Part shown: one piece after another, positions 1-11,900 of the stretch
How positions within the stretch are numbered: the stretch's first letter is position 1
Layout of the letters: each line of letters starts with the position of its first letter
Virus record (IMG/VR): IMGVR_UViG_3300014913_000011
Location: 1-64,000 of that record
DNA from: a virus
Direction: 5' to 3' (one strand)
Length of the DNA: 64,000 nt
Made by a program: the position numbers and the translations under genes
The notes under the pieces: generated by a model
Database searches by the model: none
What the model was told of the DNA's origin: nothing
Seen by the model: the letters and a program-made list of their open reading frames with translations, nothing else

Positions 1-123
1 AGCATTAGTGACTGTAAGTCCTGAAACCGTTGCAATATCTGCAGTGTTATCAGAGATGTCAGAAGCATTGTCAGAGATGTCTCCAGCATTAGTGACTGTA
101 AGTCCTGAAACCGTTGCAATATC
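1..123. repeat. 39-bp direct repeat (1-39 = 85-123), period 84 nt (4 heptads), inside the fibre gene
   Basis: agcattagtgactgtaagtcctgaaaccgttgcaatatc occurs twice, identically. Confidence 0.9.
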
Positions 124-303
124 ACTTGCATTAGAGTCAATGTCACTTCTAATGTCTGATGCATCTAATGTAAAGGCTGCTGTGCCTGACGTTTGTGTTA
201 CCGATACATCGGAATCACCTGTTATAGAAAGTTTCTCTTCTACAAAGTCAGCACCATCATACCTACCTACAATTAGTCCATCAGTACTAAAATCAAAAGC
301 CAT
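1..303 (-). CDS. Tail fibre-like protein with N-x-x-D-I heptad repeats (5' part; runs off the window)
   Basis: Not in the ORF track because it is truncated. ATG at 303 with a GAGG SD reads MAFDFSTDGL...NASDIATVSGLTVTNAGDISDNASDISDNTADIATVSGLTVTNA. Located after the tail-tip genes. Confidence 0.7.
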   Translation of the reverse strand, partial: MAFDFSTDGLIVGRYDGADFVEEKLSITGDSDVSVTQTSGTAAFTLDASDIRSDIDSNASDIATVSGLTVTNAGDISDNASDISDNTADIATVSGLTVTNA

Positions 304-433
304 ATTTTGGGTACCTCTTTTTTATTTTATTTTATTAATATATATATATCGAGCATTGTGAAATGTGTCCTATACTTTAAGTATACGAAACCTACAATAC
401 TACAGTTTAAATAGTATAGTTTATTGAAAATAA

Positions 434-622
434 TTAATTTTTTTGTAGTACTATGGGAATGTTACAAACAGGACAAATAGCTGCTATGGTACGTGTTTTA
501 CAGATAGTACATTCTCTGGCTACACTTCCAGGATTTACTCTACTAGTTTTAACTGCTGAAGAATATTGAATAATTTTCATATTATCTTTTTTTGTCTTTA
601 CTTTCTTTCCACAACAACCCAT
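434..622 (-). CDS. Small Cys-rich/zinc-ribbon protein
   Basis: MGCCG start, CTIC and CPVC motifs; GAGGG SD. Confidence 0.6.
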   Translation of the reverse strand: MGCCGKKVKTKKDNMKIIQYSSAVKTSRVNPGSVARECTICKTRTIAAICPVCNIPIVLQKN

Positions 623-633
623 AAATATCCCTC

Positions 634-918
634 TTAATCTACTATTGTACCCAAAACACTTATCCTGTGTTCTATATATCCAGTTCCAGGTATTTCTTGA
701 GGTGAATCTCCTACTATGTACCCTTCAAATGATTGGCCGTTTCCTAAATCGAAGATGCAGTCGCCTACTATAGTACCTGCTCCCTTCTGAGTTACAGTAA
801 CTGAAAGTGTAGATAATCCTTGGTTATTAATTTCAATTGTTAACGTTCCAGTATCTACCATTACCTCCGGTGGATAACCAGTGTCACCTTCTTCTCTTTG
901 TACACAGCTTAAAATCAT
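634..918 (-). CDS. Putative tail-tip protein
   Basis: Beta-rich ORF in the tail-distal block; AAGGA SD. Confidence 0.5.
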   Translation of the reverse strand: MILSCVQREEGDTGYPPEVMVDTGTLTIEINNQGLSTLSVTVTQKGAGTIVGDCIFDLGNGQSFEGYIVGDSPQEIPGTGYIEHRISVLGTIVD

Positions 919-927
919 ATAAAATCC

Positions 928-1260
928 TTAAAATGATATAATACTACAAGCATTTCCACCGCCCTCGCATTGGAATTCTGAGTCTCCATATATACTTGTC
1001 TTAGAGGTAATAGTCGAATTATAAACGACCTTACCCCGCTTATCCTTCTCCTGTAAGGCCCTATAACTAGCTGAATAGTATGGACCTCCGGTTAAACAAA
1101 ATTGATCTGATGTAACGACCTCAGTTGCGTTGGAGCATGTTTCCACCCTCTTACATTCTGCACCGAAAGTATACTGAACTAACCCAGTTGAAGTAGCTCC
1201 CTCACCTAGGACTGGCATTGGTCTACCTACTCGTTTGTTATATATCTTAACTATACTCAT
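928..1260 (-). CDS. Putative tail-tip protein (Cys-containing)
   Basis: GAGG SD, late motif upstream, tail-distal position. Confidence 0.5.
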   Translation of the reverse strand: MSIVKIYNKRVGRPMPVLGEGATSTGLVQYTFGAECKRVETCSNATEVVTSDQFCLTGGPYYSASYRALQEKDKRGKVVYNSTITSKTSIYGDSEFQCEGGGNACSIISF

Positions 1261-1291
1261 AACTACCTCTAAATATTATATAGTACTAACA

Positions 1292-1921
1292 CTAACTCTC
1301 ACAATCTAATATAAACTGCCAGGTATATGATACTTTTGCAGGCAAATTTGGATAATCTATATCTAATGAGAATCCACTTAAGAAACAATTTGGAGTATTA
1401 AGTACAGTATAAGGTTGTTTGTCTGGAAAACTAACTGGTAAAGGATTTCCATCAAAACTCAATTCATGTCCGACTACTGTTCTCATAGCCGTTCCGACTG
1501 TTACAGAGCCTGCTACCAATTGAGAAGTGAAGGATTGTGTTTCACAATCTGTCACCATCTCTACACCTTCAGGATACTCTCCTGTAATTTGACAGCTATG
1601 ATTGGAAGATGGCAATACATAATACTGATCAGTCCTCCCATCATACTTCATTAAATTAGATTGATTAGCCTGTACCTTAGAACTACATCTTACCCCTAAC
1701 CACATGTCTTCTGACTCACTGTTGAAGGCATATGCTTGTAAGTTAACTGTTCCAGTAACAGGTCCTAGAACATACTGTGCCCCGGCCTCACCATTTACTG
1801 GATTATCACAGTCTCCACCTAAAGACTTTACCTGTCCTTGAGTATTCCACTGGATAGATATTAAGCCAGTATCATCTCCACAACCAAAATCAACACATTT
1901 TTCACATATCTCAAACGCCAT
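1292..1921 (-). CDS. Putative tail-tip/distal tail protein
   Basis: Beta-rich, Cys-rich N-terminus, tail-distal position. Confidence 0.5.
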   Translation of the reverse strand: MAFEICEKCVDFGCGDDTGLISIQWNTQGQVKSLGGDCDNPVNGEAGAQYVLGPVTGTVNLQAYAFNSESEDMWLGVRCSSKVQANQSNLMKYDGRTDQYYVLPSSNHSCQITGEYPEGVEMVTDCETQSFTSQLVAGSVTVGTAMRTVVGHELSFDGNPLPVSFPDKQPYTVLNTPNCFLSGFSLDIDYPNLPAKVSYTWQFILDCES

Positions 1922-3169
1922 CTATCTTAACTTATCCCACTTTCTCTCTAATACTGGTAAATTGTGCTTATCTATAGTTTCTAGTAAGTAGGTTCTAAAT
2001 ACTCTTTTTCCACATCCAAAAGTACACATAGTAGGTCTATCATTACGTTTTCTTGGATTGGGAATATTAAGATCCAGTAAGTCTTTAAAAATAGAAATCA
2101 ACTGTTCAAACCAACTTAACCACTCTATTCTAGCTTCAATACCTATCCTGTTTCTTGATATCCAACCATCTCCATCTATAAAACCTATAAATAAACAAGT
2201 AAGTAGTTCAATATCGAACTGTTTATATATCTCTACATCGGGTGGATCATAAGTTTTTCTAGGTTTTAAATCAAATTTAGCAATTATTTTGGATAAAAGG
2301 TATTTGTTATGTATACCTATTCTTACTACCCTACTAAGTTTTTTATAATCTTTTAGTCCAAATTTTGAATCTCTCTCACGTAAGTTAGAAGTACACTTAA
2401 CATACTTACAGAACTTCTTTAGATGTTCTATATCCTTTACAGACAGTGATACTGATAACTTTTTATCAGTTATGTGCCCATCTGCTAATAAAAATCCTAC
2501 CCAATAAAAAGTTTCAGGTGTATCCTTTAATAAAATACCTACTCTTGATTTTAATTTATCCCTATAAATATATGCAGTATTTCTCTTTAATTTTAACTCT
2601 TGAGCTTTTCCTTGAATACTTTTCCACGTATGTTTAGGTAATAAACTACTTAACTTTTCTGCTTTTAACTCGGAGTAATACTTTTTTAAAGTATCTAACT
2701 CTATTTGTGAGAAGCTTCTAGGATCCTCTCTGGACAGACCTAAAGAGCTAGCCTTAGCTTGAATACCTTGCCAGTTTCTGCGCTCTAGATTTGTTAAAAT
2801 ATCTTCTTTACTGCCAGTGTGATAGTTTTTCTTTAAAAACCTTACCTCACTTTCAGAGTAAGAAGCCTCTCTAGTCTCTAGTACTTCTCGCTTTATCTTA
2901 CATTGAGAGGCTTTACGTCTTAGTAGTTCTATAGATCTATTAGGAAAAAGTTCCATTAGACTTTCATGTGAGGATGTAGGATACTTCTCTATTAACAGAG
3001 CCTTCTCCTCTCTAGAGAAATCTGGGGGCTTAATTCTAACAAAAACATTGTTAGCTTTTAAATAGCTATCCAATGCACCTCTGGATACTCCATAAAGTTT
3101 AGCTATACTGACCTTAGTTTCCCCTTCTTTAAGAAGTTTAAGAATATTTTCTAAATTTAATTTTTTCAT
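1922..3169 (-). mobile_element. Free-standing double-motif LAGLIDADG homing endonuclease with N-terminal HTH and three Myb-like repeats
   Basis: YWVGFLLADG and LFIGFIDGDG motifs; three repeats of (F/Y)SxxExxxLxxxY...RxWxxIQxKAxxLxL; has its own promoter. Confidence 0.85.
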
Positions 3170-3175
3170 AACTCT

Positions 3176-3204
3176 ATTATAACAAAAATTACCTACAAAA
3201 GCAA
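3176..3204 (-). promoter_or_regulatory. sigma70-type promoter, leaderless, for the endonuclease
   Basis: TTGCTT-17 nt-TATAAT-6 nt-ATG. Confidence 0.7.
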
Positions 3205-3243
3205 TAGTATTAATTTAACTTAACCTACTGGTATTACTAGCAA

Positions 3244-3924
3244 TTACTTAATCCCGTATACTCCTTTAGCACTGCCTCCACCATGAACGCCTGTTAAATC
3301 TAAACTAGAGTGATCATGTAGTCCTATATCTCCACCACCACCTAACGAATGATCATAACTAGTAACAATATCTGTGTTCTTAGCAACTGGATGTAATGAT
3401 GCATTCGTATTACTCTGTCCACTATCAAACAATCTATTTCTTACATCCCAATAACTTTCCCCATCTAAAGAGAAAGGAGACTGCCCTCCTGATATGTCTT
3501 GCAGACTATTAGGGTCATCAAATCCAACATCTGGCCTCTTATGAATGGAGGTTATAAAGGCTAAGGGACCTAAACCATTTCTCTTCTGTCTTCTATTCAT
3601 TCTCTTGTTTATTAACTTGTACATTATGTCCTCCGCCTGCACTCTAATTATAAACTCATTAGCACATTCCATAGATGGAGATACATTTACTCTTTTCGCA
3701 TATCCTGTAAAAATTACTTCTTTTTGAAAAGCTATTACTACATTTACTCCACTACCTGCTGCATTAGTATCTCCAGACCATCTGAAAGAAAAACTGGCCT
3801 TTCCTACTATTTCACCTCTCGCTCTTGAGACGTTAATACTGGTAATAAATGGTGTTTGAATGTGGATTCCTCCCATCACTATAGTAGCTAATGCTTTTTC
3901 TTCTGTTAATTCTATTCTTGGCAT
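3244..3924 (-). CDS. Putative tail-tip/baseplate hub protein
   Basis: Hub-like pattern (ITSINVSR...IFTGY...IRVQAED); downstream of the tape measure. Confidence 0.55.
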   Translation of the reverse strand: MPRIELTEEKALATIVMGGIHIQTPFITSINVSRARGEIVGKASFSFRWSGDTNAAGSGVNVVIAFQKEVIFTGYAKRVNVSPSMECANEFIIRVQAEDIMYKLINKRMNRRQKRNGLGPLAFITSIHKRPDVGFDDPNSLQDISGGQSPFSLDGESYWDVRNRLFDSGQSNTNASLHPVAKNTDIVTSYDHSLGGGGDIGLHDHSSLDLTGVHGGGSAKGVYGIK

Positions 3925-3925
3925 A

Positions 3926-5932
3926 TTATCTCTCCACCGGATAATTTAAAATCTTAACTTCTACTTTATCTCCTACATGTACAGAATCGATAACGCCATT
4001 TAAGGCATCATAAGTTCCCAATCCTTCAATATACACTGAGAACTTGCCCTGTGCTGAATTTGATCCTATAACCGTACCTGTCTTATTTAGTGTCTCTGAT
4101 CTCTTTATATAAGTTGAGTCTGATCCTGCGCTTCCCGGTTGGTAAAACCTAGGACCAGTAGTAACAGTAGTTATTTGACTGTCTCTATCTGAATACGAAA
4201 ACTCTATAGTGTGAATTATTTGTCCCTTGTATAGCATACCAGGAAAAACATTATATCCACCTTTCTTATAGGTATAAGATCCTGATTCATCTTCTTCAGC
4301 GGATAATCTTATCTGTGTTAAGATATTAGAACAAAACTGATTGACTTGACTATTGGTTAAAAATGGACAGGAAATCTCCATTATACTACCTTCCAATGTA
4401 TCTAATAAAGTATCTGGACAATAAGAATCTTCTGGGTTATTTGGGGGAGTTGGGGGTGGATCTGAAATTCCGTTAACTGAAGGTATAGGTGGTTTTTCTT
4501 GCACTATTATGGCTGTCTGAAGAATCCCATGTTGAGCACAGTGATTAGCGATTGAAAATGCATCGTTTTGTTGTGACCTTATTTGCATTGAAGATTTTTG
4601 TTTTGTTATATTTAAATCTAAGGAGAATACCTCCATCCCGTAGTTTCCACCAAATCCTGCTACCAAGTTTCCATGTAAGGAAGCTGCCTGGAATACGTTT
4701 GTATCTGTTGACATTAAGGGATAGTTAATATTGCCAGCACCTGGACCTGTTGCTATAGCATTAAATACATCCTGCCAACTACTTATGTACCTGTTGTTTG
4801 CCCTATATGAATCATTAAATGCAAGAGAATTCCCACTTTCAAAAGTAGATAATGCTCCACCAAAAGCTGCTGCTGATACTGCACTTCCTTCAGACTCACG
4901 TACAGCTATTCTAGCCGAATAAGGATCTCCACCTACTGGCAATATCCACCAATTTTGGCCTCTAGGTAAACTATTCAAACCACATTCACTGCAGAGTAAG
5001 GTATAATAAGAATTATTATCTAAAGCATCTTCTTCAGTTTGTGAACTAAATGCCGAATATCCTAACTGTGATGCCATTTTAACAAGTTCTGCCTTTGTCT
5101 TTATATCAAGTACTGGAGCTGAAGTCATGCTAATACTTGATATATCTGTTATCTGTCCTGTATCCGGTTCATTATTTGATATACTAACAGTTGTATCTGA
5201 CCATCCTACATTTGGTAACTTTATTGTGTTAGGTGAGGTTTGTGCTACAGAAACTGTTGCATATCTAGGAATGCTCGGAAAATTGACTCTATAGCCAACT
5301 AGTTGTTCCCACTTACTTCTTCTAACTAAACCTCTTAGTTGTTCCTTTATTATATCATTTTGTGGAGATAATCCAAATTCTGCCCAGGCTTCCTTACCGA
5401 AGGCAGCATTTTTCGAATTATTTAAATCCAGTAAACAGTCGAATCTGAGTTGTGAAGCAAAACCTCCATTCGGACCCATTATATTTACAGTGCCTCCGGT
5501 ATATCTTGTAGGAATCGGTTTTCTAGGTCTACATACTACATAATCAATATAGGGCTGTGAAGACTTAAGTACATTTGTAAAAAGTAGATCGTCTTCATCA
5601 AGTCCCTCTGCTTCACTCGTTCCAACTTCAACCTGTCTAGCTCTCCCCTTACCGTTTCCGTATACCTCGAAGAATTTTGAGCCATCAGAATCTGCTAATA
5701 GAGATAGTCTAAGGGTGGACATTGCATCTTGCGACTTTATATCCATACCTTGTAAGATAGATCCTGCTGTTACATCGGAAGGTATTTCAAATCTTTCAAG
5801 TACATAATTGGCTAAACTACCTTCAACTTTGGTTTCGTATTCAGAACCACAGTATCCACCTCCAAAGCCTTCTCCGTCTCCCCAGAAGATTGAGTTTCCA
5901 TATGTAGGTGATACATTAAATCCTCTAGCCAT
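3926..5932 (-). CDS. Putative tail-tip/baseplate hub protein with C-terminal OB-like segment
   Basis: Immediately downstream of the tape measure; C-terminal GTVIG...VHVGDKVEV. Confidence 0.55.
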   Translation of the reverse strand: MARGFNVSPTYGNSIFWGDGEGFGGGYCGSEYETKVEGSLANYVLERFEIPSDVTAGSILQGMDIKSQDAMSTLRLSLLADSDGSKFFEVYGNGKGRARQVEVGTSEAEGLDEDDLLFTNVLKSSQPYIDYVVCRPRKPIPTRYTGGTVNIMGPNGGFASQLRFDCLLDLNNSKNAAFGKEAWAEFGLSPQNDIIKEQLRGLVRRSKWEQLVGYRVNFPSIPRYATVSVAQTSPNTIKLPNVGWSDTTVSISNNEPDTGQITDISSISMTSAPVLDIKTKAELVKMASQLGYSAFSSQTEEDALDNNSYYTLLCSECGLNSLPRGQNWWILPVGGDPYSARIAVRESEGSAVSAAAFGGALSTFESGNSLAFNDSYRANNRYISSWQDVFNAIATGPGAGNINYPLMSTDTNVFQAASLHGNLVAGFGGNYGMEVFSLDLNITKQKSSMQIRSQQNDAFSIANHCAQHGILQTAIIVQEKPPIPSVNGISDPPPTPPNNPEDSYCPDTLLDTLEGSIMEISCPFLTNSQVNQFCSNILTQIRLSAEEDESGSYTYKKGGYNVFPGMLYKGQIIHTIEFSYSDRDSQITTVTTGPRFYQPGSAGSDSTYIKRSETLNKTGTVIGSNSAQGKFSVYIEGLGTYDALNGVIDSVHVGDKVEVKILNYPVER

Positions 5933-5933
5933 A

Positions 5934-8900
5934 TTAGGTATTACCTACTTGAGTTACTGCTCCTTGAAGTCCTTTAACCTCAGCTTCTAAAGTGTTTACT
6001 TGACTATACAAAGCTACTAAACCTTGAGCTAAAGATATAGTATTTGTATCTAATTGATTCAATTTGACTAGATCTTCATTTAGACTGTTCTTTTCTAATT
6101 CTCTATTAGTAACTTGTCTATCTATTTTTTCATCTGTCTTGACTAACTCATTCATGAATTCTGCTTTATTTAACCCGGCATCTTTATTTATCTTGTCCAA
6201 CTTTGCTGACATTTCTTCGTACCTGTTTTCTACATCTAAGTAAGCTGCCGTTATGTCTGCAGTATTAGCTCCCTTACCACCAACTCCATTTGTTCCATTG
6301 TTTCCTTGATTAGCTGACAACCCTTCTTTTATAGCAGCTACAAGCTGTTGTTGAAAACTAGCATCTAATTTTGCTACTAACTGTGATTTCTCTAAGGTTG
6401 TCTTTAAAGTCTCTCCACTGTCTGTGAAGGCTCCAGTAATAGCACTGCTAATGGCATCTGTATCAATCTCAAGTTTTTTATCAGTTCCCTGAGCTGCTCT
6501 TTCCTTTGCTGCCAAGTCTGCTACATTACTTGAGTTTTCAGTTGCCTTCTTAATTTCATTTAAAGTATTCTTATTCTCTTCCATAGGCTTTTTAACTACT
6601 TCCTTAGATTGTTCTAACTTTCTTGTAGAATTAGTAAAAGCTTTTAACTTATTTAATCTTTGCTCGTCATTATATTGTGGATCTTCGGTTGAATATAAGC
6701 TTTGAGGTCCTTTAGTTCTAAATTCAGGTGTTGCTAGTTTATTTCCATCTTTATCTGTATAGGTATATAGAGAATCATTTAAAGCTGACTTTTCAGAGCT
6801 GGCTCTATCTAATAAATTTGTTCTTTTCTTAGCTTCTACATTTGCTGGGAAGGTACCTGTTAAAGGAGTTTCTAATCCCCTAGGTTGTACTGTATTCTGA
6901 GATAAGGATTCATTAAGTTTATTTCCATCCATTATATAGGTAGGATTAACTGATGTGATTCCTCTACTTGAGTTCATTGCCTGCGCTTGTTGCTGTTTTA
7001 TTTGTGCTTCAGCTTGTGACTTTGCCTGTGCTTCAAGAAATTTTCTTCTAGCTTGAATAGAGCTTGACTGTGCTTGTTGCTTACTAGGTTCTGAGTTGGA
7101 GTATAAATCTTTTACCGCATTTACTACGTTACTTACTGGGTTGGATCCTTCTTTACCTATAATAGCTTTTAAAATTTGAGATAATAGAGTTGTTTGAGGT
7201 TTTAATGCCTCTACTACTGGTTTTGATTTAGCTTCGTTTCTTTTATCCTGTTCTGACTGTCCGGTTTCTTTATCTATTTGACCTGACTCTATCATGGATT
7301 CTAAATTTTTTGAAGATACTGTACTAGGATCTTGCTTAAATCTTTCACCTACTAACTTCGCTACTGCTTCCTTACCCATTAGTGAAGCTAGGGCACTTAG
7401 AGAGCTTGAGTCTAATTTTAAAGCCTGGATCTTACCTTTTGCGTCCCTGGAAGTTACTCCTATAATGCTTTGTAATTGCTTAGGTATATTGTCTAGTGCA
7501 GTAAAAGAGCCACCTTTAAACTGTCCTCTACGATTTATAAAAGATTCTTGTGGCTTATTTGCTAATGAATCTAAACTACTAATTAGTCCTTGTAAACTTG
7601 CATTAGTTTTTCCTGATAGTCCCGCAGTCTTTATTATGTTCTGTAAGCTTCCTCTGGTGCTTAATAGTTGCTGAAACTTAGAAGATAGCAATCCCCTAGA
7701 TTTTTCTATAGTTTGACTCTGCCCAGCCTTCCTAGCTTCTATATTTATGCCTTGAATTCTTTCATCTCTTTCTTTTGCACTTATAGCTTGTACTCTATTT
7801 CTATTCTTATCAAATATTTCAACTCTACCAGACTGTACTCCCTCAGAAGATAGCAGTCTAGCCATGCTCTTCTGAAATTCAAACTTGTCTTTACCTTCTC
7901 CAGATCTAATCTCTTGTAAGGGTCCACCTCTAGCTCCCTTCCTGAAGAAAGTCTCTGCATTAGGTCCTAAGTTAGAAAACGGAGACTTACCTAAAGCTTC
8001 TTCTATACCTTTAAATTGTGGTAAAGTGGACATATCCTCAAAAGCTCTTTGTGCTTTCTCTGCAGATACTATAACAGCTGACAGTGCTTGTGCAGTTGCT
8101 GTGGCTGGTTCGTTTATAGTTAGTATTTTAGTTAAGGCGTTTGCTGCTGAATCTACTGTGGTATCTAGTTCTGAGAATCTTGCAGTTAACTTTGTAAATA
8201 ACTCTGTTCTTAGTTTTTTCTCTTGCTCTGGTGTCTGTGGTCCTTTTTCTACTGAAGTTAAATCATTGAATATTTTTTTAAGATCCTCTGCTTGTTTAGA
8301 AGATTCTTTTCCAACTTCTCCACCAAATCCTTCCTTAGTTCCAGTCAAGATTTTATCTAAGGTATCAATATCAATTGATTTAATTGTATCTATACCTGCT
8401 CCAGAAACTATCTCACCTAAGTTTTGCATACCACCTAGTATATTCTTCTTAATTCCTTGAATTAATCCTTGAGCTTCTTGTGCATTTGCCTGTGCATTAA
8501 ACAAGTTCGGTGCAGCTATCTGTGCTCTCTCACCTGCTCCCAACTGTTCTAATGTTTTACCTATTTTCAACTGTCTTGCTTGAGAACCTTCTAAACCTGA
8601 AAATAGTTTTGCTTCTCTAGGACTAATAGGTGCTCTTTCTTTTGCCTGCCTATCAAATCTCCCTTTTAATAGTTTCTGAGATGCTGATTCAAAAGATTTA
8701 ACTGCTGAACCGAACATTTCAGCTGCCTTGGCAATTAAACCTACTGCCTCTATTTGTCTAGATGCTTCCTTTTTACCGACATCTCTACCTCTATCTACTA
8801 TCTCTACTGAATCTTTAGATGTATCAAGGATTTCTTTTCTAAGCCTTACTCTCTCTGATTCTGCTGTCGTTAAAAACTGCCTTAAACCTTTATTAAATTT

Positions 8901-11900
8901 AGGTGTTCCATCCCTTCCACCGTCTCCAGTTCTCTTTAAGAACGTTCCTGCTAATTGATCTGAAAAATCTAACAGAGAGTTTGCTCCTGATTTAAAGTCT
9001 TTACCTAGTATTGCCTGTCCTGCTCCAAAACCTGTAGTTGCTAAGTTATTAAAACTGCTAAATAGTTTTTCTGCAGCTGAGGCTACTTTTGTTAGGCTTA
9101 CTTTAGTTCCTACCAACTGTTTTTCTAATTCATCGAGTGAGATTGTCTTTACAGATGCTAGTCTCTCTTTTTCTGACTTTGCAGTAGTATCTCGTGATAT
9201 AAAAGTTCTATCATCCCCTTCTCCCTGTATTCTTCCTTCTACTCCTTTAAACCTAATAATATCATTTACTGAGAGTTTATCTTTAAGGTTTCCAAAAGTA
9301 TCTTCTAGTGAGTCTCTTCCTTCTAAATCTCTAGCTATATCATTAAGTCCTGCTGCATAACTTATTACTCCCTTTGCCTGAAGCTCTCCACGTTGTTTCT
9401 TTCCTACAAGACCTTCACCTGCTATTGCTTTACTTGCTGCATCAGCTATATCTTGGTTCTCTGATATTAAATCCTTAGCTAATAGAACACCTAATTGACT
9501 TCTACTACTTCCTCCACCACTTCCACCTAGTTTAAAGGACTTCTGAACATACTCGTTCACTATTGCATCAAATCCACCTTTAGTACCTAATCCACCTATG
9601 GCTGCGTTCGCTTGACTTGAAAAGGCAGTTCTCTGAAGCTTAGATCTCTTTTCATCATCTAATAGGTTAGTTCTATCAAAAGCATCTAAGTCATTAAGTG
9701 TGCCCTTTCTATCAACTTGACCTGTAAAAAATCCTTTAGCACTTAATTTTCTTGTAGTATCATTGAGTAGTTTTAATTCATCTGATGAATCTATCTTCTC
9801 TGAAAACTTATCAAATTGCTTACCTAACACAGCTGTAGTTGTTCTGAGTCTAGTCTGTTTAGCGAGAGTTGTTGCTACTTTATTAATAGCTTCCATACCT
9901 TCTTCAGACTCTGCAGCTTCTGTTGAAATTTCTACACCTTCGAAGGTTACCTTATTACGATCTGATATTTTTAATCCATCAATTTTTAAGCCTTCTTTTC
10001 CACTTACTGTTTTTATTATTGAGGATCTAAAATCCTTTACTGCTTCTTTACGTTGTTTTGACAGATCTTCTTCGGTTATTGAGATGTCTCCAGCTTCTTT
10101 GGCCTTCCTCTGCCTTTCTAAACTATCTTTGCCTGTAAATCTATCTTTAATTAAGGCTCCCCTCTCATCTATAGTTTTAATTTTATCTCTAAACTCACCT
10201 ATAGATGAAGTTAAGTCTTTTGAACTTTTAATTTCTGCATTTACTCCAGTTCTTTGGGATCTTTCTTCGGATGTTTCTGTTAATCTTCCAAGTATTTTAC
10301 TTAATGCTGCAAATCCTAGAGTTATTACTGCTAAAGGAGCTATAAATCTTGATAGTATTAATCCAGCTCCTGTTAGGAATTTCATAAATGGACCACCCTT
10401 AGCAGCTACACCAGTAAAGAATTTAGTAAGCTTATCAGCACCTACTAACTTTCCTGCCCCACTAAATAATTTGGAAACTACTCCAGTGGCTGCTGCTCCG
10501 GCTGCTCCTGCTGCTCCTGCTATACCTCCACCTGCTGCTGCTCCACCTGCTGCTCCACCTGCTGCTGCTCCACCTCCTAGGACTTTACTACCTAAATATG
10601 TTGCTAATAATGCACTACCAGTACCAGTTAAAGCAGTTCCAGCTGTTTCACCTACTGTAACATCTAATACAGGTATTTTAAATTCTCCTATTTCAGTAAG
10701 TACTGATGCAAACTTTTCTGCTAATCTTAAAGCTGTAGTTAATGGTTTTACTAAACCTGCTCCCACTGAAAGTGCTAATCCTTGAAAAGCTGTTGAAGTT
10801 TTAGATGCTTGCTTAGAAAGACTTTGCATTATTTTTGCATTTCTCTCTTGTGCAGTTCCTTGTGCGTCTTGAGACTGTGCAGCTACAACGCTAACCTTAC
10901 TATAGTTCTTCATTAATGCTAAGAATTCACTTACAAATCTAGTACCAGCCGTTGATACCGCTACATTTCTTTGTTGTCTTTTTGTAAGTGTTGGGAAAAC
11001 TTTAGCTAAGTCAGCTAAAATCTCTGGGGCATCTTTTAAATCTCCCCCTACACCTGCTATATCTACACCTACAGACTTTAAGGTAGGGGCTGCTGTACTA
11101 AAGATATTTTTAGTTAAGAATCTTATTGTCCTAGATATACGGGATCCACCTGCTCTAGTACTCTCTTGTATTACAGTAGTCATTGCATTTAACTGATCAA
11201 AACTTATTCCAGCATTCTCGGCTGCTGCACCTACTCTTTTAACTACTTCAGATAGGTCTCCGGCTGTTACAGCATTTTGAGACTCAACAGCTACGAATGA
11301 ATCTATTAATCTTTCTGCACTATTATTTACATCTTTTCCATAAACTTTTAAACCTGCAGTAATAGTCTCTGCAGCTCCTTCAGCATTTAACGTACTAACG
11401 TTTGTTGCTAGAGATACTATTCTACCACGTTCTTTAACTTGTTCAGCTGGTAAACCTTGTTGTGCGAATACTCTGTAACCTCTTAGAACTTCTCCTACAC
11501 TATTACCAAATTCTTTTCCAGTACTTATTGCTGATTTCTTAAGGCTGTCTAACATGCTAGTGCTAGTTGCTAAAACTTTATTTAACTCTGCTAATTCTTT
11601 ATCAACTTCCACTATAGTGTCAAATCCTGATCTTAATCCCTCGAAGGTACCCATTACAACTCTTGATGCTACTGCATATTCAGCTACTGATTTTATCCTA
11701 GTTCCAAAACCACCTGCTCTATCTCCACCTGCTGTAGATCCAATGAATCCACCTCTTCCACCACCTGGGGGTGTTCCTCCACCTGCTCCTCCAGAACCTC
11801 CTCCAGTGGTTGCAGTTTTTATTTGAGCTACGGACTTAGGAACACTTTTTAGTGCATCATTAGCCCTTCTAGTTGACTTACTTAACCCTATTAACTCTCT

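Noticed and set aside
8-361. 117-aa plus-strand ORF
   Set aside because: Shadow of the minus-strand fibre gene, which has an SD and a coherent repeat protein.
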